DNA from: an uncultured delta proteobacterium
Lineage (GTDB): Bacteria > Desulfobacterota > Binatia > UBA9968
DNA: 64,000 nt
NCBI GenBank assembly: GCA_963840855.1
Contig: CAWJBB010000021.1
Span: forward strand, 96,001 to 160,000
Reading direction: 5' to 3'
Shown here in pieces: positions 38,688-48,243 of this stretch. The translations under genes were made by a program, and so were the position numbers. Every line of letters begins with the position of its first letter. The first letter of the stretch is position 1. The notes below the pieces were generated by a model. The model saw only the letters and a list, made by a program, of their open reading frames with translations. It did no database searches and had not been told where the DNA came from.

Positions 38688-39728
38688 TTGTTGAAAGCAG
38701 TACGGATTCACGAACACGGCGGCGTCGAAAAGCTCCTCTATGAAGAGGCGCCGGAGCCGACCCTTGCGGACCCAAACGACGCCATCGTCAAGCTCAAAGC
38801 CGCCTCTTTAAACCATATCGATATTTGGGTTCGCCGCGGCCTCACCGGCATCGAAATTGCGCTCCCACATATACTAGGTGGTGACGGCGCCGGCGTCATT
38901 GCGGAAGTGGGCGATCGGGTTCGAAACATCAAGACCGGCGATGCGGTCTGTCTCTATCCGCCGAGCGGTTGCGGCCGTTGCGAGTTTTGCATCACCGACC
39001 GCGAATACATGTGCGTTCAGCTGCGCGTGTTGGGAGAACGCGAGAATGGGACCTACGCGGAATATGCTCGTGTCCCAGCGCGCAATTGCTTTCCAATCCC
39101 CCCCCACCTTTCATTCGAACAAGCGGCGGCCTTCCCGCTCGTATATATTACGGTCTGGCGCATGCTGGTAACCAATGCACAACTCAAACCAGGCGAGCAC
39201 GTATTAATATTGGGCATCGGCGGCGGTGTCGCCACCGCCGCTTTGCAGTTGGCGGCCTATATCGGCACACATATAATCGTTACTTCGAGCAGCGATGAGA
39301 AGCTGGAGAAAGCCAAGACGCTGGGCTCCGAGCACGGCATCAACTACAAAAACGCCGATTTCGCCAAAGAAGTGAGGCGGCTCACCGGAAAACGGGGCGT
39401 CGACGTCGTCGTCGATTGCGTGGGCGGCGATGGCTGGATCAAGAGTTTGGCGTCGCTGGCCAAAGGCGGAAGATTAGTCACCTGCGGCGCCACCGCCGGG
39501 GCCAATCCGCCCACCGACATGCGGCGGATCTTTTGGAACAATCTCAAAATTTTTGGCTCGACTTTGGGGGACCGCGCTGAGTTCCAGGAAGTGCTAAACT
39601 TCATGGAAGCGTCGCGCACCAAACCGGTCGTTGATCAGGTTTTTCCCTTGCGCGATGCGGCCGCGGCGCAAAAACGCCTCGAAGAGGGCAAGCAGTTCGG
39701 GAAAATCCTGCTGCGCATGGACGCATGA
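38688..39728 (+). CDS. Zinc-binding dehydrogenase (MDR superfamily)
   Basis: LNHID, structural Zn motif CGRCEFC...C, GIGGGVA and CGATAG. Confidence 0.9.
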   Translation: MLKAVRIHEHGGVEKLLYEEAPEPTLADPNDAIVKLKAASLNHIDIWVRRGLTGIEIALPHILGGDGAGVIAEVGDRVRNIKTGDAVCLYPPSGCGRCEFCITDREYMCVQLRVLGERENGTYAEYARVPARNCFPIPPHLSFEQAAAFPLVYITVWRMLVTNAQLKPGEHVLILGIGGGVATAALQLAAYIGTHIIVTSSSDEKLEKAKTLGSEHGINYKNADFAKEVRRLTGKRGVDVVVDCVGGDGWIKSLASLAKGGRLVTCGATAGANPPTDMRRIFWNNLKIFGSTLGDRAEFQEVLNFMEASRTKPVVDQVFPLRDAAAAQKRLEEGKQFGKILLRMDA

Positions 39729-39781
39729 AGAAAGATTTAAACATACCGCGTGGCCGCGGCGCCGCTCATTCTTAACGCGAC

Positions 39782-40375
39782 ATGCGCGTCATCGGAGGAA
39801 ACGCTAAGGGCCGCCGGCTCAAAGTTCCCAAAGGCCGGGCGCTTCGTCCCACGGCCGCGAGAGTCAAGGAAGCGCTCTTTAACATCCTGCCCCGCGATCT
39901 TTCGGGGCTGAGGTTATTGGAACTGTTCGCTGGAACCGGCAACGTGACCATCGAGGCGCTGAGCCGCGGCGCCGAAGAAGCCGTGCTGGTCGATGCTTCT
40001 AAGGAATCAGGCCGAGCCATTCGCGAGAACCTGCGCCGGCTCGGGCTGACGGATCGAGTCCGTCTCCGGAGCATGCCGGTGGAGCGCGCGTTGCGGCAGT
40101 TGGAGCGGCAACACGAAGGATTCGACCTCATTTTCGCCGACCCGCCCTACGGGCAGAGGTTGGTTGAGCGCACCTTGAAGATTATCGCGCAGGGCTCGAT
40201 CCTGCGTAACTCCGGCGTTATCGTCGCCGAACACGGTGTGCGCGACGAAGTCGCGGCGCGCTATGGCAGGCTGGAATTGCGCGACCGGCGGCGCTATGGC
40301 GACACAATACTGTCATTTTTCAACTGGCATAGTAACGAAAGTACCGACGCAAGGAAATCAGCTGATGGCACGTGA
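39782..40375 (+). CDS. rsmD: 16S rRNA m2G966 methyltransferase
   Basis: MRVIGG..KGRRL, RPT..RVKEALFN, LFAGTG and DPPY motifs. Confidence 0.93.
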   Translation: MRVIGGNAKGRRLKVPKGRALRPTAARVKEALFNILPRDLSGLRLLELFAGTGNVTIEALSRGAEEAVLVDASKESGRAIRENLRRLGLTDRVRLRSMPVERALRQLERQHEGFDLIFADPPYGQRLVERTLKIIAQGSILRNSGVIVAEHGVRDEVAARYGRLELRDRRRYGDTILSFFNWHSNESTDARKSADGT

Positions 40376-40859
40376 TAACATCGCGATTTATCCCGGCTCC
40401 TTCGACCCCATGACCAATGGACATGTGGACTTGGTCAAACGAACCCTGCGTGTATTCGATAGGGTCATCATCGCCATCGCCATCAATCCCGAGAAAGACC
40501 GCTCCTTGTTTACCTTGGACGAGCGGCTCCAGATGGTCCGCGAAGTCTTCAAGGGAACAAAAGGACGAGTCCAGGCGGATTTTTTTCAGGGTTTGCTGGT
40601 GGATTACGCCGAGCGCAAGCGTGCCAAAGTCGTCATCCGCGGCCTGCGGGCGATTTCTGATTTTGAATACGAATTTCAAATGGCGATGATGAACCACCGG
40701 CTCAAACCGAAGCTTGAAACTTTATTTATGATGACCGGAGAGTCGGAGTTCTATATCAGCTCGCGCTTAGTGAAAGAAGTCGCGAGCCTAGGCGGCGACG
40801 TGACCGCGCTCGTGCCGCCCAACGTTTTCAAAAAGCTCGAAGCCAAGTTTGCCAAATAA
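40365..40859 (+). CDS. coaD: Phosphopantetheine adenylyltransferase
   Basis: YPGSFDP.TNGH, RGLR..SDFEYE and ISSRLVKE motifs. Confidence 0.96.
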   Translation: MARDNIAIYPGSFDPMTNGHVDLVKRTLRVFDRVIIAIAINPEKDRSLFTLDERLQMVREVFKGTKGRVQADFFQGLLVDYAERKRAKVVIRGLRAISDFEYEFQMAMMNHRLKPKLETLFMMTGESEFYISSRLVKEVASLGGDVTALVPPNVFKKLEAKFAK

Positions 40860-40868
40860 GGATGAACC

Positions 40869-42065
40869 ATGGCCAAACTCGCTCAACGAACCCGAGGGAT
40901 TAAACCATCAGTCACCCTGGCCATCGCCGCCAAAGCCGGCAAACTCCGCGCCGAGGGCGTCGATGTTGCTAACTTTTCCGCCGGCGAGCCGGACTTCGAC
41001 ACGCCAGAGCATATCAAAGCCGCCGCCATCGCGGGGCTGCGCCAAGGCATGACCAAGTACACCGATGTCAGAGGCATCGAGCCGCTGCGCGAGGCAGTGG
41101 TGCAAAAGTACCAGCGCGAATTCGGACTGAGTTACCGCAAGGAAGATGTCTTGGTGAGCTGCGGCGCGAAACATTCGCTGTATAACATCCTGCAAGCGGT
41201 CATCGACCCTGGAGACGAAGTCGTCATTCCCGCGCCCTATTGGGTTAGCTACTCCGACATGGCGCTGCTCGCGGGCGGAGTATCGAAGATCATCGTGACC
41301 AGCGAGACCACAGAGTTTCACATCACCGCCGATCAACTTGCCGCGACACTCACGCCGCGCACCCGGGTCTTTATCTTGAATAGCCCCTGCAATCCCACGG
41401 GCGCGACCTACGAGCGCGACGCATTGCTCGCCATCGGCCGGGTGTTGGAGAATCATGACTGTCTGATCATTGCCGACGATATTTACGAGAAAATAATTTA
41501 CGACGGCTTCCAGTTCCACAACCTCGTCGCCCTCTGCCCCGCGCTGCGCGAGCGCACAATTATTGTCAATGGAGTGTCGAAGAGCTACGCAATGACCGGC
41601 TGGCGCATCGGTTATGCCCTCGGCCCCGCCGATGTAATTGGCGCGGCCACGAAGATTCAAAGCCAGAGCACCTCCAATCCGACCTCCATCGCGCAAGCAG
41701 CCGCGCTGGAAGCGATCCGGGGGAAACAAGACGAGGTCGCGATAATGGTCCGCGAGTTTCACAAGCGGCGCGATGCCATCGTCGAACGCCTAAACCAAAT
41801 CGACGGCATCCGTTGTCTCAAGCCCCAGGGGGCGTTTTACGTTTTTCCCAACGTCAGCGGCCTATTTGGCAAAAAGACCCGCGAGAAGACGCTGCGGGCG
41901 CCGTGCGACATCGCCGAATTTCTGCTTGAAGCGGCCAGAGTTGCCGTCGTCCCGGGCGAAGATTTTGGTTCGCAGGAGCACGTCCGTTTTTCCTACGCGA
42001 CTTCTCTCGACGAAATTGAAAAAGGTTGCCAGCGGATCCGCGAAGCTGTGGCGGGACTCACCTGA
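40869..42065 (+). CDS. Aspartate aminotransferase (class I/II PLP enzyme)
   Basis: GEPDFDTP, NSPCNPTG, DDIY and SKSYAMTGWRIG motifs. Confidence 0.92.
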   Translation: MAKLAQRTRGIKPSVTLAIAAKAGKLRAEGVDVANFSAGEPDFDTPEHIKAAAIAGLRQGMTKYTDVRGIEPLREAVVQKYQREFGLSYRKEDVLVSCGAKHSLYNILQAVIDPGDEVVIPAPYWVSYSDMALLAGGVSKIIVTSETTEFHITADQLAATLTPRTRVFILNSPCNPTGATYERDALLAIGRVLENHDCLIIADDIYEKIIYDGFQFHNLVALCPALRERTIIVNGVSKSYAMTGWRIGYALGPADVIGAATKIQSQSTSNPTSIAQAAALEAIRGKQDEVAIMVREFHKRRDAIVERLNQIDGIRCLKPQGAFYVFPNVSGLFGKKTREKTLRAPCDIAEFLLEAARVAVVPGEDFGSQEHVRFSYATSLDEIEKGCQRIREAVAGLT

Positions 42066-42138
42066 TGTGGCTGATTCCGCGGTTGGTTCCATGCGGAACT
42101 CTTCCGGAACGAAGTCGCTGGAGGGTATCTCAGGAAGA

Positions 42139-42510
42139 GTTCAAACCGTTCAAGTCCTTCAAATCGTTCAATCCCCTCTTCATCTTTCCCGCGTCTGCAC
42201 GGCGAAGGGCTCCGCAAAGCGGTTTGAACCCGGATTCCGCAGTTGGGTTCTATATAGGAGGGCAATGTGGAATCCTTCCGTCGCAAAGTCGATGCGTTAG
42301 TGCTTCTACGCAGGCAGCGTGCAGTGGTGCCGTGATGGCCAGTTCAGCCTTATCGTAACGAATGCCGAAGTGAAAAATGTTCCTGACATTTCAGTGTCCG
42401 ACGCCTTCGCTCCTCCAGGATTCCACACTGCCCTCGTGAGTTCGTCGGTTCAACTGCGGAATCCGGGTTGAACCGGAGCGGAGCGATCGAACGGCTTGAA
42501 CGGTTTGAAC
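42139..42510. repeat. Inverted pair of 9-mer arrays, right arm interrupted by the MITE
   Basis: gttcaaacc gttcaagtc cttcaaatc gttcaatcc ... ggtttgaa[MITE]... gatcgaac ggcttgaac ggtttgaac. Confidence 0.75.
42229..42467. mobile_element. Non-autonomous MITE, 239 bp, IS1380-like ends
   Basis: Perfect 17-bp TIR CCCGGATTCCGCAGTTG (42229-42245 / 42451-42467); flanking TTGAA direct repeat (42224-42228 / 42468-42472); subterminal 18/19 inverted repeat (42258-42276 / 42417-42435). Confidence 0.85.
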
Positions 42511-42522
42511 AACCCTCTCAGT

Positions 42523-42948
42523 TCACGGCTTGGGTCGCTGGCCGGTTTTTTTATAGTGATAATACTCCCGCAGAATGCGCGCGTGGTCAAAGACCACCGG
42601 ACTGGGAGTTTCGTTCTCGCCAAACAACCGCGCGACTTTGGCGTCGTCGCCGCCCCGCGGAGTGCCATTCGCTCTTGCGATAAAAACAGTCGAAACCGTA
42701 TGGTGACGCGGGTCCCGGTTGGGGTCAGAGTAGGCGTGGAATTGTTCGATCAACTGGACATCGAGGCACGTCTCTTCCTTGGCTTCGCGAACCGCTGCGG
42801 ACTCCAAGCTCTCGCCATAATCGACAAAGCCACCCGGCAGCGCCCAACCCTGAGGCGGGTTTTTCCGTTCGATCAAGACGATGCCGCCTTCCCGAATTTC
42901 GATGATGATATCCACTGTCGGCAAGGGATTTCGGTGAATCTCAGACAT
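42523..42948 (-). CDS. NUDIX hydrolase
   Basis: Nudix box [29 protein letters not shown] and GDDA; non-ATG start. Confidence 0.92.
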   Translation of the reverse strand: MSEIHRNPLPTVDIIIEIREGGIVLIERKNPPQGWALPGGFVDYGESLESAAVREAKEETCLDVQLIEQFHAYSDPNRDPRHHTVSTVFIARANGTPRGGDDAKVARLFGENETPSPVVFDHARILREYYHYKKTGQRPKP

Positions 42949-43009
42949 TGCAATTTCCTACCTTGACTCCCTGCCCAACGCAAGGTACAAAGATCAATCC
43001 GATCATTGC

Positions 43010-43086
43010 CGCGGGGTGGAGCAGTCTGGTAGCTCGCAAGGCTCATAACCTTGAGGTCCCGGGTTCAAATCCCGGCCCCGCAACCA
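43010..43086 (+). tRNA. tRNA-fMet (CAT), initiator type
   Basis: CGCGGGG acceptor with C1:A72 mismatch, anticodon arm CAAGG-CTCATAA-CCTTG, T-loop GTTCAAAT, encoded CCA; 77 nt. Confidence 0.97.
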
Positions 43087-43090
43087 AATC

Positions 43091-43120
43091 AAGGGGCCTA
43101 CACGGCCCCTTTCTGTTTTT
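43091..43120 (+). terminator. Intrinsic terminator after tRNA
   Basis: AAGGGGCC-tacac-GGCCCCTT followed by a T-rich tract. Confidence 0.85.
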
Positions 43121-43217
43121 CTGTTCAGCTCTGTCGCGTCCCAGCCCCATGAAATATTTTCAGTTTCCACACGTCAATACAACGAGTCTCTTGGCTTGAC
43201 TCAATGATTCTTATACT

Positions 43218-43931
43218 ATGGACGAATTCGCCACCATGAAAACGCCGTCATCGCCGCTTAAAAATATACCCGCCGCGGTTGCCGCGGGAGTCATGGTAGC
43301 CGTCCTCGCGGCGGATTTCACGATCATTTCCACGGCGGCAGCCTCGAGCCATTACACCGAAAAACAGCTGACCGTCCTTGCGGAGCGAGTCGGGAGAACT
43401 TTTTGGATACAAGAAGTCAATGGCCGCACGCCGAGTTTTTTAACCGCGCCCGATGCCGCCGCTGCTTCATTTCGCGCCCGGGCCGGCGATTCCTTTGAAA
43501 TCGTCGAGCTAGTGGGACGCAAGAACAAAAATCCGTACTACAAAGCCAGGTTCGAGTCCGGCAAGGAAGGCTATTTCCCCCCCGAAGTATTTTTTGAGGA
43601 ATTGAACCTTACCCTTGTGCTCGTTGACCCGCTGGCAAATGAAAAAAACAAAGCAGCGCATCAAGCCGAGAGCGAAAAGCAGCGGGTGGACTGGGTCAAC
43701 GCCCAGCCCTGGCCGGCGGCGGCAAAAGCAGCGGCGCTCAAAGGCCAAGCCGTTCCCGGCATGACCTCCGGCGAAGTGAAGATGATCGCCGGCGCTCCGA
43801 GCCGAATAAACAAAGTCCAGGCGCGCGGCACAATTCCGGAAGAGCACTGGATTTATCCGGACGGCAAGCAACTGGTATTTCAAAATGACCTTTTGAGCCG
43901 GATAATTTTAAAAGGCGCGAAAAACCCGTAA
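43218..43931 (+). CDS. Hypothetical exported protein
   Basis: Hydrophobic signal-like N-terminus; C-terminal PGMT..EV...G.P...EHWIY pattern reminiscent of SmpA/BamE-like domains. Confidence 0.7.
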   Translation: MDEFATMKTPSSPLKNIPAAVAAGVMVAVLAADFTIISTAAASSHYTEKQLTVLAERVGRTFWIQEVNGRTPSFLTAPDAAAASFRARAGDSFEIVELVGRKNKNPYYKARFESGKEGYFPPEVFFEELNLTLVLVDPLANEKNKAAHQAESEKQRVDWVNAQPWPAAAKAAALKGQAVPGMTSGEVKMIAGAPSRINKVQARGTIPEEHWIYPDGKQLVFQNDLLSRIILKGAKNP

Positions 43932-43954
43932 ACTTTGAACGTTGAACCTCGAAC
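43929..43954. repeat. 7-mer TTGAAC array
   Basis: taaac tttgaac gttgaac ctcgaac, between convergent genes. Confidence 0.65.
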
Positions 43955-43960
43955 AACGCG

Positions 43961-44467
43961 TCACGCTCGGTCGGGCCGCAGTTTTTTTAGTTTCTCCTGG
44001 CGCCGCCGTTCAGTTTTAGCAAGACGATTGCCGCCGCGTGACCGTGATAAAGCGCTTTCATATTCTTCGTCATCGTTACCAGGTTCGTCCAGATGGCGAA
44101 GAATTTCATTAAACTCATCGGCGTAGATCGCGGTTGCACCGAATTTTTCAGCGCCGTTTCGCACTTCGCGGTCCGAACTGACTACCACGCAGCCGCTTCC
44201 TCTTTGCCGGGCCACCCGCAAGACAACGCTGTCGGCCTTTTCGCCCTGCCGTGAGTAGATCACCATGACACCGTTTACTTTTTCGTTGACCTCGTTGAAG
44301 GCACCAGCTTTCCAGCCGTCGAAAACGACGCTGACGAAGAAGCCTTTGGCTTTCTGGTAGCGTGCGAGTTGTCGCACCAAGTCATTGCGCTTGCGCTCGA
44401 GCGCGCCCGGCAGACCTTGCCCGCTGGCGATGAGATTGTAGCCGTCGATAATGACATCCATGGGCAT
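43961..44467 (-). CDS. NYN-domain ribonuclease (YacP/Rae1-like)
   Basis: IIDGYNLI, VVFDG, YS..GEKAD and VVSSDREV motifs. Confidence 0.88.
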   Translation of the reverse strand: MPMDVIIDGYNLIASGQGLPGALERKRNDLVRQLARYQKAKGFFVSVVFDGWKAGAFNEVNEKVNGVMVIYSRQGEKADSVVLRVARQRGSGCVVVSSDREVRNGAEKFGATAIYADEFNEILRHLDEPGNDDEEYESALSRSRGGNRLAKTERRRQEKLKKLRPDRA

Positions 44468-44699
44468 GATGTTTCAGCAACGCCGAGAATTTCGCAAGCG
44501 GAAAGCAGTCATTCAGTGATAAATTTTTCAGCAAGAACCGGCGAATCACTCGCCACCAATAAAGTTTCGCTTTCTCATGAAGGCGCACATGCGGAAATTC
44601 ACGGGCAATTGTAAGACGACCGTCCATTTCTTTAACAGTTGTCAAAATCGCAAAAAACAGGTACAAACGGGACAATTTCTTGTTGGGGGTCGTGTCAAG

Positions 44700-45872
44700 T
44701 TGGGCATTGCCATAAGAAAAGCTAAAAGAATCAATGACTTGCCGCCGTATTTGTTTGCTGAAATAGACCGGCGCAAGCGCGCGGCACTGGCCCGGGGAGT
44801 CGATCTCATCGATCTAGGCATCGGTGATCCAGACATTCCGACTCCGTCAAACGTCGTCGAAAAACTGATTGAATGCAGCAGCAAGCCGGCTAATCACCGC
44901 TACCCCAATAGCTCGGGAATGCCGGAGTTTCGTCAGGCCGTCGCCCACTGGTATCAACGCCGTTTCAACGTCCGCCTGGACGCCAGCACGGAAGTGGTTT
45001 CGCTCATAGGATCGAAGGAAGGCATCGGCAACATGGCGGTGGCATTCGTCGATCCCGGCGATGTCGTTCTCGTCGCCAGCCCCTGCTATCCGGTTTACCA
45101 TATCGGCACCGCGTTCAACGGCGGCCAAAACTATTTTTTACCGCTCAAAAAAGAAAACCACTTTCTTCCCGATCTCGATTCCATACCGGCGGATATCGCC
45201 AAGCAGGCGAAGCTGCTCTGGATCAACTACCCTAACAATCCCACCGCGGCGGTGGCGGATAAAGATTTTTATCAACGAGTGATCGCCTTCGCCGATCGCC
45301 ACGGCGTCATCGTCTGCCACGACGGCGCCTATACGGAAATGGGTTACGACGGCTATCGCCCCATGAGTTTTCTCGAAGCGGACGGCGCCAGGGAAGTGGG
45401 CATCGAGTTTCACTCCCTCTCCAAGACTTTCAATATGACGGGCTGGCGCGTCGGCATGGCGGTCGGTAACGCTGAGGTAATCGGCGGCTTGGCCCAGGCG
45501 AAATCGAATCTCGACTCGGGCATTTTCCAGGCCGTGCAGGAGGCCGGCATCGAGGCGCTCAATTGCGGCGATCAGATCGTCGAGCCATCCCGCAAAATCT
45601 ACCAGGAGCGGCGCGACATTCTGGTCGACGGCTTGCGCGCCGTGGGGCTCCAATGCGAGAAGCCTAAGGCGACGTTTTACGTTTGGGTCTCGGTCCCCAA
45701 AGGGCTTACCTCGGCAGAGTTCACCGCCAAATTGCTCGACGAAGCTGGTGTCGTAACAACCCCAGGCAACGGGTTCGGCGAGGCGGGCGAAGGCTATGTT
45801 CGCTTTACCGTATGCGTTGACAAAGAACGATTGAAGGAGGTCGCGGAGCGAATCCGGCAAGTAAAATTTTGA
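44700..45872 (+). CDS. dapL: LL-diaminopimelate aminotransferase
   Basis: LPPYLFA, LGIGDPD, LIGSKEG, NYPNNPT and EFHSLSKTFNMTGWR motifs; start uncertain. Confidence 0.85.
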   Translation: MGIAIRKAKRINDLPPYLFAEIDRRKRAALARGVDLIDLGIGDPDIPTPSNVVEKLIECSSKPANHRYPNSSGMPEFRQAVAHWYQRRFNVRLDASTEVVSLIGSKEGIGNMAVAFVDPGDVVLVASPCYPVYHIGTAFNGGQNYFLPLKKENHFLPDLDSIPADIAKQAKLLWINYPNNPTAAVADKDFYQRVIAFADRHGVIVCHDGAYTEMGYDGYRPMSFLEADGAREVGIEFHSLSKTFNMTGWRVGMAVGNAEVIGGLAQAKSNLDSGIFQAVQEAGIEALNCGDQIVEPSRKIYQERRDILVDGLRAVGLQCEKPKATFYVWVSVPKGLTSAEFTAKLLDEAGVVTTPGNGFGEAGEGYVRFTVCVDKERLKEVAERIRQVKF

Positions 45873-46399
45873 CGCCCCCTCCGCTAAACAGGGCTGTGGC
45901 AAACGCGGTCGCTCATCAAGTTTATATCGGCGTCGGCTCCAACGTCGGAGACCGGAAAGAAAATTTTTTCGAGGCCTTGGCGCGTCTCGCCAAACTGCCC
46001 GACACCCGAATCCTCAAAGAATCTTCGCTCTACGAGAGCGAACCGCTGGGCGATTCGAAAGACTGGTACGTCAACGGCGTCATTGAAATCGAGACAAAAT
46101 TCAAGCCCGACATGCTCCTTGACAAGTTCAAGAACATCGAACGGGCCATGGGGCGTAAAAAAGTCAAAAAGCGCTGGGGTGCGCGCATCATCGACTTGGA
46201 TATCCTGCTCTATGATGCCCAGGTGGTAAAGAAAAAAAAGCTGCGCATTCCTCATCCCGAAATGGCCAATCGCAAATTTGTCCTGGTGCCGCTTAGCGAG
46301 ATCGCGCCGCAGGTGATCCATCCGGTGCTCGGCGTGACGATCTCTGAACTATTAATCAGCGCTAAAGACGAGAAGAAAGTTCACCTCTATCATTCATGA
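45869..46399 (+). CDS. folK: 2-amino-4-hydroxy-6-hydroxymethyldihydropteridine diphosphokinase
   Basis: YIGVGSNVG, RIIDLDILL and IPHP...RKFVL.PL motifs. Confidence 0.95.
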   Translation: MTPPPLNRAVANAVAHQVYIGVGSNVGDRKENFFEALARLAKLPDTRILKESSLYESEPLGDSKDWYVNGVIEIETKFKPDMLLDKFKNIERAMGRKKVKKRWGARIIDLDILLYDAQVVKKKKLRIPHPEMANRKFVLVPLSEIAPQVIHPVLGVTISELLISAKDEKKVHLYHS

Positions 46400-46434
46400 G
46401 CTTTCATCCCGGCTTCAGGCCGTGGAGTTAGAGC

Positions 46435-46674
46435 TTGCTGCTTCGTCTCTTGTTTCTCGTTCTGCTAGTGTTCCTGCTGCTTTTGTTGATCAAAAGTTAC
46501 CTGGCGCGGTCGCGCGGTGGGTTGCGCGGTCCGGCGCCCGACGACGGAGAAGAGATGGCGATGGATCCGCAATGCCAGAGTTACGTGCCAAAGCGAGAGG
46601 CGTTTGCAGCCGGCGGCAATTATTTTTGCAGCCGTGAATGCGCCGAGCGTTTCTTAGCCGACCAACGCAAATAG
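46435..46674 (+). CDS. Small membrane-anchored protein with TRASH/YHS-like Cys motif (PP0621-like)
   Basis: N-terminal TM helix, DPQCQSYVP and YFCSREC motifs; GGAG RBS. Confidence 0.8.
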   Translation: MLLRLLFLVLLVFLLLLLIKSYLARSRGGLRGPAPDDGEEMAMDPQCQSYVPKREAFAAGGNYFCSRECAERFLADQRK

Positions 46675-46729
46675 CTCACGCGCTGAGAACAAGCGACAAC
46701 GCACGGTCAACTAAGCCGCGATCTATCAG

Positions 46730-46793
46730 GTTCAGAGTTCACAGTCCCGGAATTGCCCCGAAATCTTGAATCCGAATCTTTGAACTTTGAACA
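46730..46793. repeat. Inverted pair of 7-mer arrays
   Basis: gttcaga gttcaca ... cttgaat ccgaatc tttgaac tttgaac, between convergent genes. Confidence 0.65.
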
Positions 46794-46815
46794 GCGTTCG
46801 CGGCGATCGACCTCG

Positions 46816-48243
46816 TCAGATGTGAACAGTCTCATCTAACGCCCGCAATATCTTATCGTGAACGCCGTCAAAGGCGCCGTTGGACATGACGAGAACCACG
46901 TCGCCTGCCGCGCCGTGAGCAGAAAGGTAGGCGGCGATCTCCTGGGAATTGGCGATCATCACGGCGCGCGCGTCGGCGCAAATGCGATTGATCTCCGCAA
47001 CCACGTTAGCCACCGACAAGCGGTCGGCGGCGGGAACTTTTTCGGGCTGGTAGAGATCGGAGACAATCACACGGTCCGCCCGCGCCAGGGAGCAGGCAAA
47101 CTCCATCTCGAAAATGTTTCGTCTGCTGGTGTTGCTGCGCGGCTCGAAGAGCGCCCATAGCCTGCGGTTTGGATAAGCCGAGCGCACCGCGTTGATGGTT
47201 TCCATCACAGCCGTCGGGTGGTGCGCGAAATCGTCGATTACGACGATACCGCGCCGTTCGCCCTTGATTTCCTGGCGCCGTTTGACGCCCCGAAAAGTGG
47301 CGAAGCCTTCGAGCAGGTTGCCGCGCGCGATGCCTAGAACCCGGCCCATGGCGTAAACCGCCAAGGCGTTCTGAACGTTGTGCCGGCCAACGACACCGGC
47401 CTCCACCTCTCCCTCGCGCTTGCCGCGATACGCCGGGGTGAAAAAACTCCTGGCGTTTTCAAATCGGACATCGGCGGCTTGCCAATCTCCTGCGACGCCG
47501 TAGCTTGTCACCGGACAACGCGCACTCCGGGCTACCTCCTTCGCCGCCGGAAAATCGCCACATGTAACCAGGTTTCCATCCGCCGGGATCAATTCCATCA
47601 GGCGGCGAAAGGCGTCTTTGACATGTTCCAGATCGTGATAGATATCCGCGTGATCGAATTCAACGCTGGTCAATATCACATGGCGCGGACGGTAGTGTAG
47701 AAACTTCGGTCCCTTGTCGAAAAACGCGCTGTCATACTCATCGCCTTCTAGAACGACATAATCGCCCGTGCCCGGATGCCAACCGCTGCCGAAATTGAGC
47801 GGCACACCGCCGACGAAAAATCCTGGCGCCAAATCCGCGCAGGTCAAAACCCATGCGGCAAGCGCCGTGGTGGTGGTTTTCCCGTGGGTACCGGTGACCA
47901 CCAGCGATTGGCGCGTGCCGATGAGAAACTGTCCCAGCGCTTGCGGAAAAGAGCTGTAGGGAATGCTGTTCTCGAGCACATGCTCCGCTTCCGGGTTGCC
48001 ACGGGAGACGGCATTTCCGATGATGACAAAATCCGGTGGTGGGAATAGATGCTCGGCACGAAAGCCCGCCAAGACCTCGATGCCGATCTCCGCGAGATAG
48101 GTACTCATGGGCGGGTAGACGTGCTGGTCGGAGCCGGTGACGCGGTATCCCCGCGCTTGCAGCAAGCCCGCCAAGGAGGCCATGCCTACGCCGCAAACCG
48201 CAATGATGTGGATATGGCAGCCGGGGGCCGGGATGTGGTTCAC
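46816..48243 (-). CDS. mpl: UDP-MurNAc:L-Ala-gamma-D-Glu-mDAP ligase
   Basis: CGVGM, YPPMS, GTHGKTTT, EGDEYDSAFFDK, DDFAHHPT, EPRSNT and MSNG motifs. Confidence 0.93.
   Translation of the reverse strand: MNHIPAPGCHIHIIAVCGVGMASLAGLLQARGYRVTGSDQHVYPPMSTYLAEIGIEVLAGFRAEHLFPPPDFVIIGNAVSRGNPEAEHVLENSIPYSSFPQALGQFLIGTRQSLVVTGTHGKTTTTALAAWVLTCADLAPGFFVGGVPLNFGSGWHPGTGDYVVLEGDEYDSAFFDKGPKFLHYRPRHVILTSVEFDHADIYHDLEHVKDAFRRLMELIPADGNLVTCGDFPAAKEVARSARCPVTSYGVAGDWQAADVRFENARSFFTPAYRGKREGEVEAGVVGRHNVQNALAVYAMGRVLGIARGNLLEGFATFRGVKRRQEIKGERRGIVVIDDFAHHPTAVMETINAVRSAYPNRRLWALFEPRSNTSRRNIFEMEFACSLARADRVIVSDLYQPEKVPAADRLSVANVVAEINRICADARAVMIANSQEIAAYLSAHGAAGDVVLVMSNGAFDGVHDKILRALDETVHI

Noticed and set aside
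42265-42300. 11-codon ORF with AGGAGG inside the MITE
   Set aside because: Too short to support, and its RBS and start coincide with the subterminal inverted repeat.
43087-46700. Genomic island integrated at tRNA-fMet
   Set aside because: No integrase, no duplicated tRNA 3' end seen, and housekeeping genes resume at once.
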